DNA of 64,000 nucleotides from Felis catus (lineage: Eukaryota): NCBI RefSeq assembly GCF_018350175.1, contig NC_058368.1, forward strand, positions 6,696,001 through 6,760,000. The letters run 5' to 3'. The notes beneath the pieces are model-generated. The model ran no database searches. It had not been told where the DNA came from and was given only the letters and a program-made list of their open reading frames with translations. The translations under genes were made by a program, and so were the position numbers. This document shows positions 24,401 through 37,226 of this stretch, in pieces; position 1 is the first letter of the stretch, and each line of letters begins with the position of its first letter.

Positions 24401-25945
24401 AGACATTTGGGCAGATGACTCTGAAACCCTCCCCAACTTTATTTAATCACTAAGGACTTTCTTGTGATTATCAGAAAGCTAGAAGGTGTTTCTGGGGAAA
24501 GTCAGCTTGCTTCCAAAACAATGCATTGAACACCCCCCCGCTTGTCTCAGCTCCTATGTGGACAGAGAGAGAGAGAGAGAGACCACGAAGAAAGAAAGGA
24601 CTTCACAACAGGATGCCCAGTCAGCCCCCTCGCCATTTGGACCCTGAGCAAAGAGTCCCCAAGGGGAGAAACACGGCCATGACTCAGCCTGGCCTCTTTG
24701 CAATTTCCGCCTCGGAGATTTCCCACTCCAGGCCTAGACTTCTGGTGTCCCAATTTCATTTCGGGGCTTTCTCCAAGAGGACAGGTGGGTGCTCCGTGCC
24801 GGGGCCTCTCAGCAGCCCGAGAAGGGCGGGGGGCTAACGACCCAGATGCCCCAGTTTCCCAAGAGGGGCCCGACTCCTGTATCCAGCAAGAGATGAACTA
24901 GAGCCAGCGGACTGCCTATCAGCCCGCAGTCCAAACACCAGCCAAGGCCCCTTGGCCAGTAATAAATCCAGCCGGCTGCAGAAACAGGTCAGAGAGCCCG
25001 AGGAATACAGCCCTGCCCGGGGAATGATTAACCAGCAGCGAGGGGCCCTGGAGGTCACAGTGATAATGAGAAAGTTTCCCTGAGCTATCTCAAGTGCAGA
25101 GGACCCGGGGAGGGGCCCTGGCTGGCGCCCTGACTCCTGGGCAAACGCTTCCTGCCCCATCCAGGGCGTGCTCTTTTCAGTGGCCAAACACTGCACCTCC
25201 CCAAGGGAATAGGGGAACTGACATCGCAACCCCCAGGCACTCGGCCCCCGGTAAAGTCCATGGCGAAGACGCCAATGAGAGCGTCTTCCTGGGAGGTGGC
25301 TTTTCCCCAAACCCGAGACTTGATAAGCCCTTCCAAGAAGAGGAGGCTTTAGCGCTTATCTTTATTGCCTGGCATGTCCTAAGACATGGAGGGCCGCTCT
25401 GCTTGAGTGAAACTCAGGAAGGATTTTCCGCGAGATTTTCTGCTCTCTTATTTTTTTCAGTATTTTGGCATCTTGCAGTGGAGTTCTCCAGCAAGCTTCT
25501 CCAAATGCGGGACTCGCGCCTCATTTCACCGAATGAGGATTGCTAAGCCCCTGCTACGGATCTATTGTGAGGCGCAGCACAGACTCCAAAAGAATTCTTT
25601 CACTGGGGAGGCAGGACCAACATAGAGAAAGAATAGTAATAATAAGCACTGTAAGGTGAGGGCTGTAGGGAGCCTCGGTGTTCTAGAAAATTCCCAGTGT
25701 CAGCTGGGAACCAATGGAGCCTCCCAGTTTTCAGATAGAAGTGAAAACACAAAGAAGGCGCGTGGTCGTCCGTTAGCAAGATGGCGCCAAGAGCTGGTAT
25801 CCCAGCTCTGGCTCCTGCACGTTCATGAAGCTACGCGGTGTGTTCTCATTCTCTGCCAGGGTCCCAGCTCGCAGACACTTTCACACTGTCATTCCTTTAT
25901 CTTCTCCACTTCCCTCCCTGAACTGGAGGTAATGATTAGTCATCG

Positions 25946-26291
25946 TTTTCTTTTCTTTTTTCTTTTCTTTGCTTTGCTTTTCTTTTCTTTTCCTTTTTCT
26001 TTTTCTTTTCCTTTTCTTTTCTTTTCTTTTTCTTTTCTTCTCTTTTCTTTTCCTTTCCTTTTCTTTTCTTTTTCTTTTTCTTTTCTTCTCTTTTCTTTTG
26101 CCTTTCTTCACTTTTCTTTTTCTTTTCTTTTCCTTTTCTTTTCTTTTCATTTCCTTTTCATTTTCTTTTCTTTTTCTTTTCTTTTTTCTTTTTCTTTTCT
26201 TTTTTCTTTTTCTTTTCTTTTCCTCTTTCTTTTTCTTTTTCTTTTCTTCTCTTTTCTTTTCCTTTCCTTTTTTTTTTTTTTTTTTTTTTTT
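25946..26291. repeat. (TTTTC)n polypyrimidine tract, an expanded SINE tail
   Basis: About 345 bp almost purely C/T, abutting a minus-strand SINE. Confidence 0.95.
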
Positions 26292-26480
26292 AGAGAGAGA
26301 GCCCATGTGCTTGGGTGTGAGAGCTGGGGAGGGGGCCGAGGTAAAAGCAGGGAGAATCTTAAGCAGGCTCCATTCTCAGCACAGAACCTGACGCGGGGCT
26401 CAGTTTCACGACCCTGGAATCATGACCTGAGCCAAAATCAAGAGTCGGGCGCTCCACTGACTGAGCCACCCAGGTGCCAC
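26292..26480 (-). mobile_element. Can-SINE (older type)
   Basis: Reverse head CTGAGCCACCCAGGTGCC and GACCTGAGCCAAAATCAAGAGTC. Confidence 0.92.
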
Positions 26481-26919
26481 TAGAATCGTCATTTCTACCT
26501 AACACTGAAGCCAGGAGACTCTTCCCACACTTTCCAAATTCCTCTTGTAGAAAAGAAGCCATGTATGGTTCCTTGAGAAACCTGGTACTGATTCGTAGCG
26601 ACACCCCCATCCCATATTAATTAAGGCTGTCCCACGATGTTATCAAATATTGACATCCTGCCTCAGTTGAGCAGGTAGCCATCGTGAAGTAAGACCGGTA
26701 CTCAGTTCTGGAATCTTCTTATTTCAAGAGGCCAATCACTGAGCAGTGTTCTTATATTCTTTCATTTGTTATCGGATTTACCAATAACTTCTGTTATGAC
26801 ACCACCCAGAGAAAACCGTTTCCCGTTCCAGTCAGTGTCTCTTGGCTAAGTCAGTTTTCTCATTTTTCAGAGGTATGTGATAATACTGATCTACTTTTAA
26901 ATATAATTTAAAATGTCCA

Positions 26920-27420
26920 CAACATTACATGCTTCTGGTGGAAATAACACCACCACCTGTAAAGTGAGTATTCTTAACGTTTATTTATTTTTGAGACAGA
27001 GAGAGACAGAGCATGAACGGGGGAGGGGCAGAGAGAGAGGGAGACACAGAACCGGAAGCAGGCTCCAGGCTCCTAGCCGTCAGCCCAGAGCCCGACTCGG
27101 GGCTCGAACTCACGGACCGTGAGATCGTGATCTGAGCTGAAGTCGGATGCTTAACCGGCTGAGCCACCCAGGCACCCCCTGTAAAGTGAGTATTCTTGAC
27201 AGACAGAGAAAGGAAGGAAAGAAATCAAGCCAAATCAAAGCTTATAGATCTAACTACTAGTTTATAGGAAATACAGGACTTGGGAAAAAATGTGAACATC
27301 AGGTTTGCACTGAGCAGAATCCAACAGTACGTCAGTTGATGCCTGGGTGATGTATACGAGGGTCATTGTATTGTTTGCTTTTATGAATGTGTGAAAAATT
27401 TATAACATAGGGTTAAAAAT
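26920..27420 (+). mobile_element. Old L1 (L1MC/ME-like) 3' UTR fragment, split by a SINE
   Basis: TAGATCTAACTACTAGTTTATAGGAAATACAG resembles an old L1 3' UTR. Confidence 0.5.
26976..27179 (-). mobile_element. Can-SINE (SINEC_Fc-like)
   Basis: Perfect 18-bp TSD TGTAAAGTGAGTATTCTT at 26958-26975 and 27180-27197. Confidence 0.96.
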
Positions 27421-27609
27421 ACGTACGAGTGTTTTGCACATACACATAAGCCCTCCTTTCCCTACAGACCGTGAACCAGCACAGTTCCTGGGCACGAGCG
27501 GTGAGTCACATCAAAGGCTGTGTCATCCTTCAACCGTCCCATCAGACTCCAAACCAAAGAGATGTAACATTGTTCTACGGAAACACGGAGTGTGGATAAT
27601 GTGGACAGA

Positions 27610-27745
27610 TGCAGTGGGTGATGCCAACCCGTGTTTTCAGGTCTGGGTTCTCGCTCTGACCCTGCTACTCACCAGCTTGAATGACTTAGGACAAATCACT
27701 TACCCTCTCTGAGAGCCAGTGTTTTCCTCCACCAAAAGATAACCA
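27610..27745 (+). mobile_element. MIR relic
   Basis: TGACTTAGGACAAATCACTTACCCTCTCTGAG core. Confidence 0.65.
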
Positions 27746-27939
27746 CGCATTCGACAAACACTTGCGGTGAACGTGAAAATGAGGTAGACCACAATCCCTA
27801 CCCCCAAGGCACAAGAACTGTGCACAAGGAATATATTATTCAAGGTTGGAAGGGAGAAGAAACATCCGAAATAATCCCTGCTCTCTGAATATCCGAGAAA
27901 ACTCCCTGGAATTCGCCAGCTCTTTAAAATTTGTAATTT

Positions 27940-28157
27940 GTGTTTTAATTTTTTCTTTTTAATATCTTTTTGAGACAGAGAGAAACAGAGCGTGAGCAGG
28001 GGAGGGGCAGAGAGAGAGAGAGACACAGAATCTGAAACAGGCTCCAGGCTCTGAGCTGTCGGCACAGAGCCCGACACGGGGCTCGAACTCACAAACCGCG
28101 AGATCATGACCTGAGCCGAAGTCGGACGCTCAACCGACTGAGCCACCCAGGCACCCC
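27940..28157 (-). mobile_element. Can-SINE
   Basis: TSD TTTAAAATTTGTAA on both sides. Confidence 0.95.
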
Positions 28158-30144
28158 TTTAAAATTTGTAACTGGATGAGATCTTTCCCTTCTCGTTCTA
28201 AAAGAAATAGGAATAACGACTAAAGTAAACTCGGTATTCTTTCTCGGAAACCCCAGGCTTCTCCAAATCCTCCCCCAAATCTGAGACTCTCTGAGAGTCC
28301 CGAATTTGCACTTTGATTGTCCCCTAGTCAAGTAAAGATGTTGAGGAGCTCTCCTCCCCGGGGCTCCCCACTCCTCGTCCCCAGCTCGGCTTGACCGCTG
28401 GCCGCGGGGCGCTGTGAACACCACCGGGCTCTCCTCCCCAGCGGGGCGCCGTGGGCATCCCTCATGCACCGTGGCAGCTCTGTACCCCAGGGCCACCAAG
28501 CCCCGCTTCCAGGAACTGCTGGACGGATGTAGAAATGCCCAAGGGAGTAGGTGAGGGACCACCCCGGGGTCTGTGTTGCTGCTGTCCTCAGGGCAACCCA
28601 GGCCTGGCCCTCCTTGCTGGTGCTGATCCCACAGCTGCCTGCCCAGCCCTCCACACTCACCAGACGCTCACGGGTCTGGCTTGCGCGCGATCCTCCCCAG
28701 TTTACCAAACCCCCAGATTTGTCAGCAAAGGCGGTTTCCTATTTTTTTAATTAAAAAAAAAAATTAAAAAAAAGTCTTCTGTCTTTAGAGTAACCAATTC
28801 ACCCAAACAGTAGGGGACCTGGTGTAAATGTCAAGAATTTCAGGTGCGGGAGAAACCGGCGCCCTGCCCTTCGCCTTCACAAAGGTCCAGGAGCAGAAAA
28901 GCGCTCACGGCCCTGATGGGTAAGCGGGCTCACTGCAGGGAGGTGGCCCCCGGGAAAAGTCCATTTTCGGGGGGAGCCTGGCCACTGCCCGGTCAGTGTC
29001 ACTCCCCAGCTCTCTTCCAGGAGTCCCTGCAAGGGTCGTGTGGGCGCCCCCTGGGCAGTGAGAGTGATGGGAAGAGGGACGGAGGAGCCCAACTCCCTTC
29101 CAAGTCCCGCCTTCCGGCGCCCGCCCTCGCTCTGCACTCCGCAGTCAGGCCTCGTCCCAAGGAACTCCTGGGGTGTCTCAGACCCCCGTGGGGCCAGCTC
29201 TGTGTTTTGCAACAGGGGATAATAAATATTTGCTCGAACAGTAGCACTAAAACTCAGGGCACCTATTTACTGACAACAAGCAGCCCGGCCACGCTTCTTG
29301 GGAAGGCCCCCAGGCGCCAAGCCCAGGGGACGCTCACGCTAACTGTCCTCAGGAGTGTGGCCGGAGGCCAGAAGAACAGGAAGGACTGAGCGTTCTCCCT
29401 CCCAGCCCACCCAGACGAGCCTTCTTTCCCACGGCGTCCTCACTCCGCCCGGACTCCAGATGGCACGGGGCCCTGAGTTTGCATCGACACGTGGGCATCG
29501 CCTTCGACCTGGTCTCAGAGCCACGCCTGGCATGGGGGGAGGCCAGGGCCCTGGGCCTCCGGAGAGACCTCCCGGTTTCGCACCCGGTGCGAGGAGCGGT
29601 TTTCACCTGGGTGATCGTTCAGTGGGTGCAGCAGGAACTGGCCGTTTGCTTTCGTGGGGGCCTCCTGGAGCAGCTGTTCAAACGTCCCCTGATCCCCGCC
29701 TCCTTCCGACACCCTGCTCCCCAACGTTCCCCCGCTGTCCCTTGTCTTCTCATACTTCGAGAAACCCTTTTTGAGGTTCAGACAGCAGGGTTGCCTCTCT
29801 TGCCTTTGTTTGCGATCCCAGTTTTCCACTCCTTGGTTTTTCCTGGGGTTTGGCCCCGGAGCCTTCATCAGCGGCCTGGAGGGCTGATGTGGGATGTGTT
29901 CCCTGTGGGGGGCCTCCGGAGCCTGGTGTCAGGCCGGGATCAGGTATCGTGGGACGGGGCCAGGAGACGAGATGCCCCAGGAGATGGAAGGGACGGAAGG
30001 GGTGCTGTCGGTACCTCACTTGACTCACCATCATTGCAGTGGGGAGAATCAGAAGTCGTGGGTTCCAGGCCCACAGAACCCAAGGCAGCAGCCAAGGAGG
30101 GTGAGAGGGGAAAGCCAGGCAGACGTGGTAGCCAGGTGGTCCCT

Positions 30145-30290
30145 AGATGTGTGAGCCCAGGCTGGCCATGAACCTCCCCGGGCTTCAGCCTCCTCATCCA
30201 TAAAATGGGATAACAATAGTCCCTATCTCATAGGGTTGGCCCAAGAATTAAATGAGTGTCTACAAAGCACTAAGACATACAGATTAACAT
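30145..30290 (+). mobile_element. MIR relic
   Basis: CCTCATCCATAAAATGGGATAACAATAGTCCCTATCTCATAGGGTTG...ATTAAATGAG. Confidence 0.8.
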
Positions 30291-30324
30291 AAGACTCTTA
30301 GGTTTGTTTAAAGGTATATTTCTG

Positions 30325-30522
30325 TTTTTAATGTTTACTTAGGGGGAGGGAGGGGAATAAGTGGGGGAGGGGCAGAGAGTGAGAGAGACGCAGAATCCGA
30401 AGGCGGCTCCAGGCTCCGAGCTGTCAACACAGAGCCCGACGCGGGGCTCGAACCCACAAACCGTGAGCTCGTGACCTGAGCCGAAGTCAGACGCTTGACC
30501 GACTGAGCCACCCAGGCGCCCC
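30325..30522 (-). mobile_element. Can-SINE
   Basis: TSD TGTTTAAAGGTAT on both sides. Confidence 0.95.
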
Positions 30523-31699
30523 TGTTTAAAGGTATTTCTCAAGCTCCTCCTCCTGCCAGAGGCATGGGGTGGGGAGAGGGGAAGGGGGGAAGGGAGAGTT
30601 AATTACTGACAGTATGTGATATGTCCCACAAACCTTCAGACTCCTCCTTTGGTCCCGAGGCTCTGGGCGGGGGTAGGTCCAGATAGTGTCCTGCTGCCTA
30701 TCTCGGTTTGGGTGAGCTCAGCTGATCGTCCTCAACAGGCCTCCTGCCCTCCCCTGGAAGGACATCCCTGCCCACGGGCCAGGCTGACCCTCCATCCCCT
30801 CTCTTTCTCCAATGAAATCCGACTAGATGAATAATATATATGTATTTTTTCTTCCTATCCACCAGTAAGGTCCTGAAAGCCATTTAGTGGTCGCGCCATT
30901 TTTACTTAAGTGTCTTGGGATAACAGTAGAAAGTGGAAAAGTTTATGAATTATCTGCAAATTTCCATCTTGCTGGTGGGGGTGGTGAGGGGCAGGGGAAA
31001 TGACTCCTAAACCGGGTAAAGGTTTCTGCTTCTCGGCTCTTTGGATAAAAGTGTGGAGTCAGCTTATCTGACCAGCGAGGCAGGAGGAGCTTGTCCGTTT
31101 TATGGATGGAGAGGTGAAGTCCTTTGCCCACAGTCACATCCTGCCGAGCTGCTGAGGCCCCAGGTCCTGGGCTCCGGGCCACCACGGCGCCCGCCCCATC
31201 GGCCACCTCGCCCTCTCCAGTCTGCCAGGAACGTGGCCATCACGTGTAACATCTCTCCTTGCTCTCCATAAATCAGCCCCTGCACCCCTCATGGTCTCCA
31301 TGACAAGGCGTGACAACAGTTTGGTCGCCGGAAAACCTTGTCATCAGTCTCTTGAGCCAAGAGCTGGCAAAACTGGGTTGCGATGGCCATCCTGCCCATA
31401 GTCAGTCCTGACTCCTGGGAAGCAGGAACGACCCAGAGGCATGAGGACTTGATCCGGAAGAGATCCCCCTATACCTGGCATGTGGAATCACCCACCTTCT
31501 GCCGGGGGCCCGGGGACTGGTGCTCAGCATGCTACAAGCTTTATTTTATGTAACTGGCACCTCAGACCCATGAGGTCGGTGCCCACGGTTCCACACCTTG
31601 TGGATGGAGACGTCTAGATCACATTAGAGCCCCCCACCCCATGCCCCGAGCTGTGGTTCTTACGGTCAGCCCGAGGGCTCACTAGGGACCAAGCCCCCC

Positions 31700-31860
31700 G
31701 TGACCACTGACCCCATTATATCCTCACCCAACCACCCTCCATGGGGGAGGTGCAGTGACTGTCCTCGTGTCAGGGAGGAAGCAGGGCTTGGGCAAGTGGC
31801 TGGCCCGAGGTCACAGGGCCAGGAAGTGGCAATGAAGGGTCCACACCACCCTGCTGCTTC
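31700..31860 (-). mobile_element. MIR relic
   Basis: AAGTGGCTGGCCCGAGGTCACAGGGCCAGGAAGTGGC. Confidence 0.6.
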
Positions 31861-32029
31861 CAGAGAGCCCCCGGCTACCGTGGCTCCTGCCTCTGCAGTT
31901 ACCAGAACACTCTTTCCCTCCTGCTCAATGAAGGCCGTGAGGAGGGCCAGTCAGGTCCCGGCCTCTGCAGGAAGCGGAGGCCAAAGAGGCCCGGGGCACT
32001 TGGAGAGGCAGGCTGCCTCCCTCAGCCCC

Positions 32030-32125
32030 CATGGAATGTAGAATTCCCGGGTCAGGTCTGGGAATCTGTGTTTTACAAGCTCTCCAGGCGATCCTTCTAA
32101 GCACCAGAGTTTGTGAGCTGGGCCA
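32030..32125. mobile_element. MER5A-like hAT relic
   Basis: GGGAATCTGTGTTTTACAAGCTCTCCAGGCGAT...AGAGTTTG. Confidence 0.6.
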
Positions 32126-35100
32126 TGGCTGTTTAAAGCGTCTTTCTGAACAGCCTCCAATGCCACCTGCTCCTGCTTGTTCGCTGCCTATCAAACATCA
32201 AAGCAGAAAAGGCCGGAGATGGGGCACAGGCACCCAAGACGTGAACGGGGGTGACCTCTGGAGGGTCAGCTGACAGGTGACACGTGCTTCTCCGTTGCTT
32301 TCAGGACACTGTTGGGCCCTTGAATGGCTCAAGAGAAGCCTGGATCGTTAGAAGCTCTGGCTTGTAGTGGACGAAAAAAACAGCTCGAGGATCGCACGGA
32401 AGGGTGTTCACAGCCAGAGCCACAGTCGCTCATCACAACCGGGTTCACAGGGCCCCGTGCACGTGCCCAGGAAGGAACTCTGGTCTCTTCTGTGTGTGAT
32501 GCTGAGAAACTATTTTGAGGGGGCAGAACCTGGTCTGAACGCATTGGTGCGTGTTTGGATTTTCTAACAACAGAGATCGAAAGATAAGGCCCCTGTTGGT
32601 GGGTCTGCTGCTGCCACGCGAGGGCTGGCTTTGGGTCCTGAGGACTGTGGGGGTGACGAGGGACTCCGCTTCGTGGCGGGGGCGGGGGGGCATTTATGTT
32701 TCTTCTTCAGCAAGTCTTAAGAAAGCCCTACTCCCGCCCGCCATCATTCGAGGGCTCTCTTCATGGAGCAGGGAGTGGGTGAAGTGAAATTTGGAGGTCT
32801 GTTCCCGGGTTTAAGCCCGTGCCGTGCTGCCCCAGACCCAGAACAGGAAGACGACAGCCCTTGCTCACGAACGGGGCGACGGGCCCGGTGAGGTCACGAT
32901 GTGGTGGCTCACCAGCCTTTGGGAGCTTCTCCAAGGCTACTCGATAAGGCCGGGTCAACGTCCACGTCGACAGTTGGGGCTGTCATAAAGTGAGGTTGAC
33001 TGATGGCCCAAGAACACGCGTGACACTGGCTCCTCTGTGGCGGGCGGGGCGGGGGGGGGTTGTCTCTGGCCACCTCTCTGGCACGGAGAAGACACATGTG
33101 CTCCCTGAACCACACCAGTCAGAGTCTCACCCTCAGGATCTCATGGTGACTGTTGGCTTAGACTAAGGAAGCAGAGCTCTGCAGGACTTGAGGCGACACT
33201 CATCCTGACCCTGGGGCGCGAGTGGGGTATCTGCTCACGTGGGGTGAACAGAGTCAGCGTAGATACCAGGCTCTGAAGGGAAGTGAGGGCCCTCCCCCAG
33301 GCTGTCCCCTGCAGCCCTGCTCACTGGCAGGGGGCAACTTCTCAGAGCACGCCATTGGTTGGGGCGGGGGGGGGGGGGGGGGCTCACAATCCATTGCCCG
33401 AACTCCCTTGGCTTGCCAGTTTTTTCCTATTGGCAGCCACATTCCAGTGAGGAAGTCAGCTTTCTAGAACTTTCCAACTCCGCTCCCACTCTCCTCCGCT
33501 TCCCCTCCGCGGTGCCCCACCGCAGGGAGCCTGGGGGAGGGGAGGGAAGGCAGAACAGGCCTCCTGCTTGCTCCCTAGAAGTCATCACCAGCTTTTTTTT
33601 CTTGTCGAGAAGGGGGGAGCCGGCGAGCTCAGAAGGGGTGACCAGATGGGCTGCGAGCAGCAGGCCTGGACGGGACCCAGTCACCCCCGCTGTTGCTGCG
33701 GGCCATACGCAGCGTCTCAGAGTTACCCTGAGTTATGACAGCAGAACTCCTGCCAGGCAGGGGCCATACCGGGCGTCCTAGGCAAAGACCCTCGCCTACG
33801 CCGGGGAGATCTCCTCCCACCCAACTCCTAATTTGCATGATAGCCAAGGAGAAAGAGCTCTGTGCTCTGAAGCCCAGAGATAGCAATAAAATGGAGCGAG
33901 ATAAAAATCTGGAGGAAATGTGGTTTCCTCTGATGTGTTTTTCACCTTACAAACTGCCACATAAACAGAGCACACATAGCCCCGAGGTGTTTTATTGCGC
34001 CTCTCGTGTGTGCTTCCTGAAGATGTTTCCCTGCATATCCCAGCTTCCCTAATTTAGCTAAAGCTGCCGAGGTAAAACGAAGCTGGACCATCTGTCCTCA
34101 CGCCAACCTGGGAGCCGCGTGACCGTGTCACCTGTGCTTCCGGGAATCGCAGCCCTTCGGAGCTGGCGAGGGGACTCTGGGGCCAGCGGGTGGCGGCCAG
34201 CTCCTGTCCCTGGCTGGAGGGACGCCGCTCGTCCTGGTTTTGGCGACTGGGAGTGCATCGTTTCCACGTTGTACCTGCTGATTTTGAGGAAACGTATTCC
34301 ACCCAGTGGAGTTCGGTGGCTCTCAGACTTACGTGCACATTGGAATGATCCTGCAGGATTGTGGAACCAGAACCTCTTCGGTGCGCTTTCTGAGAGCTTT
34401 AAGGGGATCTCAAAGGTAACTTTGGTTGGACGCGATCTTTACCTCTCGCGCTCATGTCAGAAATGAACCCACATGCAGATAGATGCCCCTCCCGCCCAAG
34501 GGATTCGCGGAACGGCTGAGTGTGAAGTCTCTCCTCGATCCGCTCTCCTGGGCCATACGAGGCCCCCCACGCCTGGACTGTCCATCTTGCGTTTTCTTCT
34601 ACCTCCGGCGTCAAATGCAGAGGAGGGGGAGAAAAAAAAAGCAAAGAAAAGAGCAGCAGGATTCTCATGCCCTTAGATTCAGGGGATTCTTTTTCTTTCT
34701 ACACCTTGCATAAATAGCTCGACGTCAAAAAATAAGACATCACTGTGCAACTTAAAAAAAGAAGAAGGAAGGAAAGGAAACCCTCGACGCGGGAACCGTG
34801 TCCTGGGTGCCACTCAGTCTGAGGCTGCCCGTCCTCTGGCAGTTTGAAGCGTCCCAGCTTGCTGATAACCAGAAATGAGTAAGTGCAGCAGCCACTCCGA
34901 GTGTCACCCTGAAGCACCCATAAAGAGCCCAGGACTTCTGTCCCCGGCGTAGTCTCGCGGCCAGCGTGCTGGCGAAGGGAAGTTTACGTTACGTGTCCTC
35001 GGGCCACAAAGTGGTCCTGCTCCGTGATCCTGCTCAGTTTAACCAGCATCCTGTCCTCCTAACTTGGGCTGCTTGGCCCTCGAGGCCAGGCCGGCTGCCA

Positions 35101-35440
35101 GGCCTTCCAAGTCCTGGAAAAGGGAATTCGGGAACCGACGATGTTCTCCACCCGGTTTTCCCAAAGCCCAGCCCCACAAACACCGCGTCAGAAGCTAAGT
35201 TGTCGGTGTCTCGGACGATCTCGGGTTCTGAGTGGAACCCTCTCAACCCGCCCCCGCGGGGAAGGAGGGCCTGAGCACTTCCTGGGAAGTGAGAGCCCTC
35301 TAGAGAGACTCACAGCAGTCAGAACCCCGGGAAGGCAGCCACAGCTAGATGAGCCCGGCCGATACGGAATCGCTGCCATTTTAAAAAGTGATGCCGAGGC
35401 GGAGATTTTTGAAAAGTAATTTTCGAGTAAAGGACCCCGG

Positions 35441-35650
35441 GGGGCGCCGGGGTGGCTCAGGAGGTTTAGCATCGGACTTCGGCTCTGGTCGTGATCTCAC
35501 AGGTCGCGAGTTCAAGCCCCACGCTGGGCTCTGCGCTGACAGTGTGGAGCCTACTTGGGTTTGTCTCTCTCTCCCTCTCTCGCTGCCCCTTCCCTCCTTG
35601 TCCACTCTCTCTGTCTCTCAAAATAAATAAACAAACTTAAAAAAAAAATT
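35441..35650 (+). mobile_element. Can-SINE
   Basis: TSD TAAAGGACCC. Confidence 0.94.
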
Positions 35651-35904
35651 AAAGGACCCAAATGAGATGCCGTCATAACTCCTTGCTCCTCCCCTCTTCC
35701 CCCACCCCCTCCTGGCTGACACACCCCCCGCTCAGGCCCCAGCACTTGTGCACATGGGTCTGCCCAGCTGACCTTCCCTTCAGAGCACAGGCTCCTGGAG
35801 AGCCCAGATGACCCTGTGGCTGCACTTTGTCCCATGATGCTAGCAAACGGCCACGGAGGACCCTGCTCGGTGATAATCACGACTACATGTTGCTTTCTTT
35901 CTTT

Positions 35905-36250
35905 GTTTCTTTTTGGTATCATTTACAGATAGTAAAATGCATAAACCTTGGGAGAACTTTCGCATCTGTACACAGCTGTGCAACCACCAGCCAGATGGAG
36001 ACAGAGGGCACCTGCAGTCCCCTAGAGGCTCCCAGGCCACCTCCCTGTGCCCAGCCAAGCCCACCCGTGCCCCCTGACCAGAGGGAAGCCGTACCCTAAT
36101 GTCTAGATTCGTGTGGTCTGGTTGTGAACGTTGTGTGAATAGAATCACACACGAGGGGCTCTAGGCGTCTGGCTTTCAACTCTGTCTGTGATATTCATCC
36201 ATGTTGATGTGTGTAGCTGCGATTGATTCTTTTCATGGAAGACTGATTCT
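35905..36250 (-). mobile_element. Old L1 (L1ME-like) 3' fragment
   Basis: AGTAAAATGCATAAACCTT...GATATTCATCCATGTTGATGTGTGTAGC. Confidence 0.65.
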
Positions 36251-36804
36251 TTTTTTTTTTTTTTTTTAACGAATGAGCGTTGGTCCTTGTACCGCTCTCC
36301 CCTCTCCTTCTCCATTCAAGTCTGTGTGTGCACCTGTCCTCACCAAATGATCTCGTAGAGGGAAATGTCGGTTACATGAATCCATGTTGCTGTAGAGAAA
36401 ATAAGTGTGAATACGTCCCCCCTCCCTCCACAGACGTCTACCTGTCCCACTCCCCACCGAGCCCTGTCCCTCAAAGGCTGTGGTGACGATCATGTTCAGA
36501 TAAGGGTCTCGCCACAGCTCCAGGAATCTAAGACATTGCAATAAGTTCCTGGAGAGCTTTTGGAAACGCCTTCCCTGAAGGAGTTGAATGACTGGAGAGG
36601 AACCAAGCTGGTCGTAGGGTCTGGAGGAAGTGTTGTGTTTAGGTCTCACATCATCAGAACACTCAGCTCTGTTCCGGAGCGTGTTCCAGAACGGAGAGGG
36701 ATGCTGCAGCTTGATGTTGGAAAGCGAATAAGAGGTAACGCAGTGCAAAAAAAGAGACCGGGAAAAGAAGTTCCCTGGGCAGACTGCAAAGAGAGGTCGA
36801 TGGT

Positions 36805-37015
36805 GGGGCGCCTGGGTGGCTCAGGCAGCTAAGCGTCCTACTTCGGCTCAGGTCATGATCTCGCGGTTTGTGGGTTCGAGCCCTGTGTTGGGCTCTGTGC
36901 TGGCAGCTCAGAGCCTGGAGGCTGCCTCGGATTCTGTGTGTCTGTCTCTTTCTGCCCTTCCCCACTTGTGCTCTCTCTCTTTCTCTCAAAAGGAAATAAA
37001 CATTTCAAAAAAAAA
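36805..37015 (+). mobile_element. Can-SINE
   Basis: TSD AGAGGTC(G/A)ATGGT. Confidence 0.95.
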
Positions 37016-37226
37016 AGAGGTCAATGGTAAATCAAGAGAAGGAAAGGTGGGCAAGTCTTTCTGGTTCTCAGAATCCAGGGGAAGGAAAGGACCAGATATG
37101 AGAAGTGGCTGGTAACAGGGAGAAACTTGATTTTTTTTTTTAATTAAAAGCAGTCACGGGTACTGTAGATTTGTGTGTATGTGCAAGTTAGGATACAAAA
37201 ATGTAACAAACCTGTAACTACAAGTG

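Noticed and set aside
25777..25788. YY1/CTCF-like CAAGATGGCGCC
   Set aside because: Isolated and apparently inside a decayed MIR; no supporting context.
25656..26483. 275-aa Phe/Ser-rich ORF and antisense Lys/Arg-rich ORF
   Set aside because: Translations of the (TTTTC)n tract and adjoining SINE.
36518..36554. Inverted repeat CTCCAGGAA...TTCCTGGAG (similar short stems near 14873 and 58879)
   Set aside because: Stems of 8-9 bp are expected by chance in 64 kb and are too short for a pre-miRNA.
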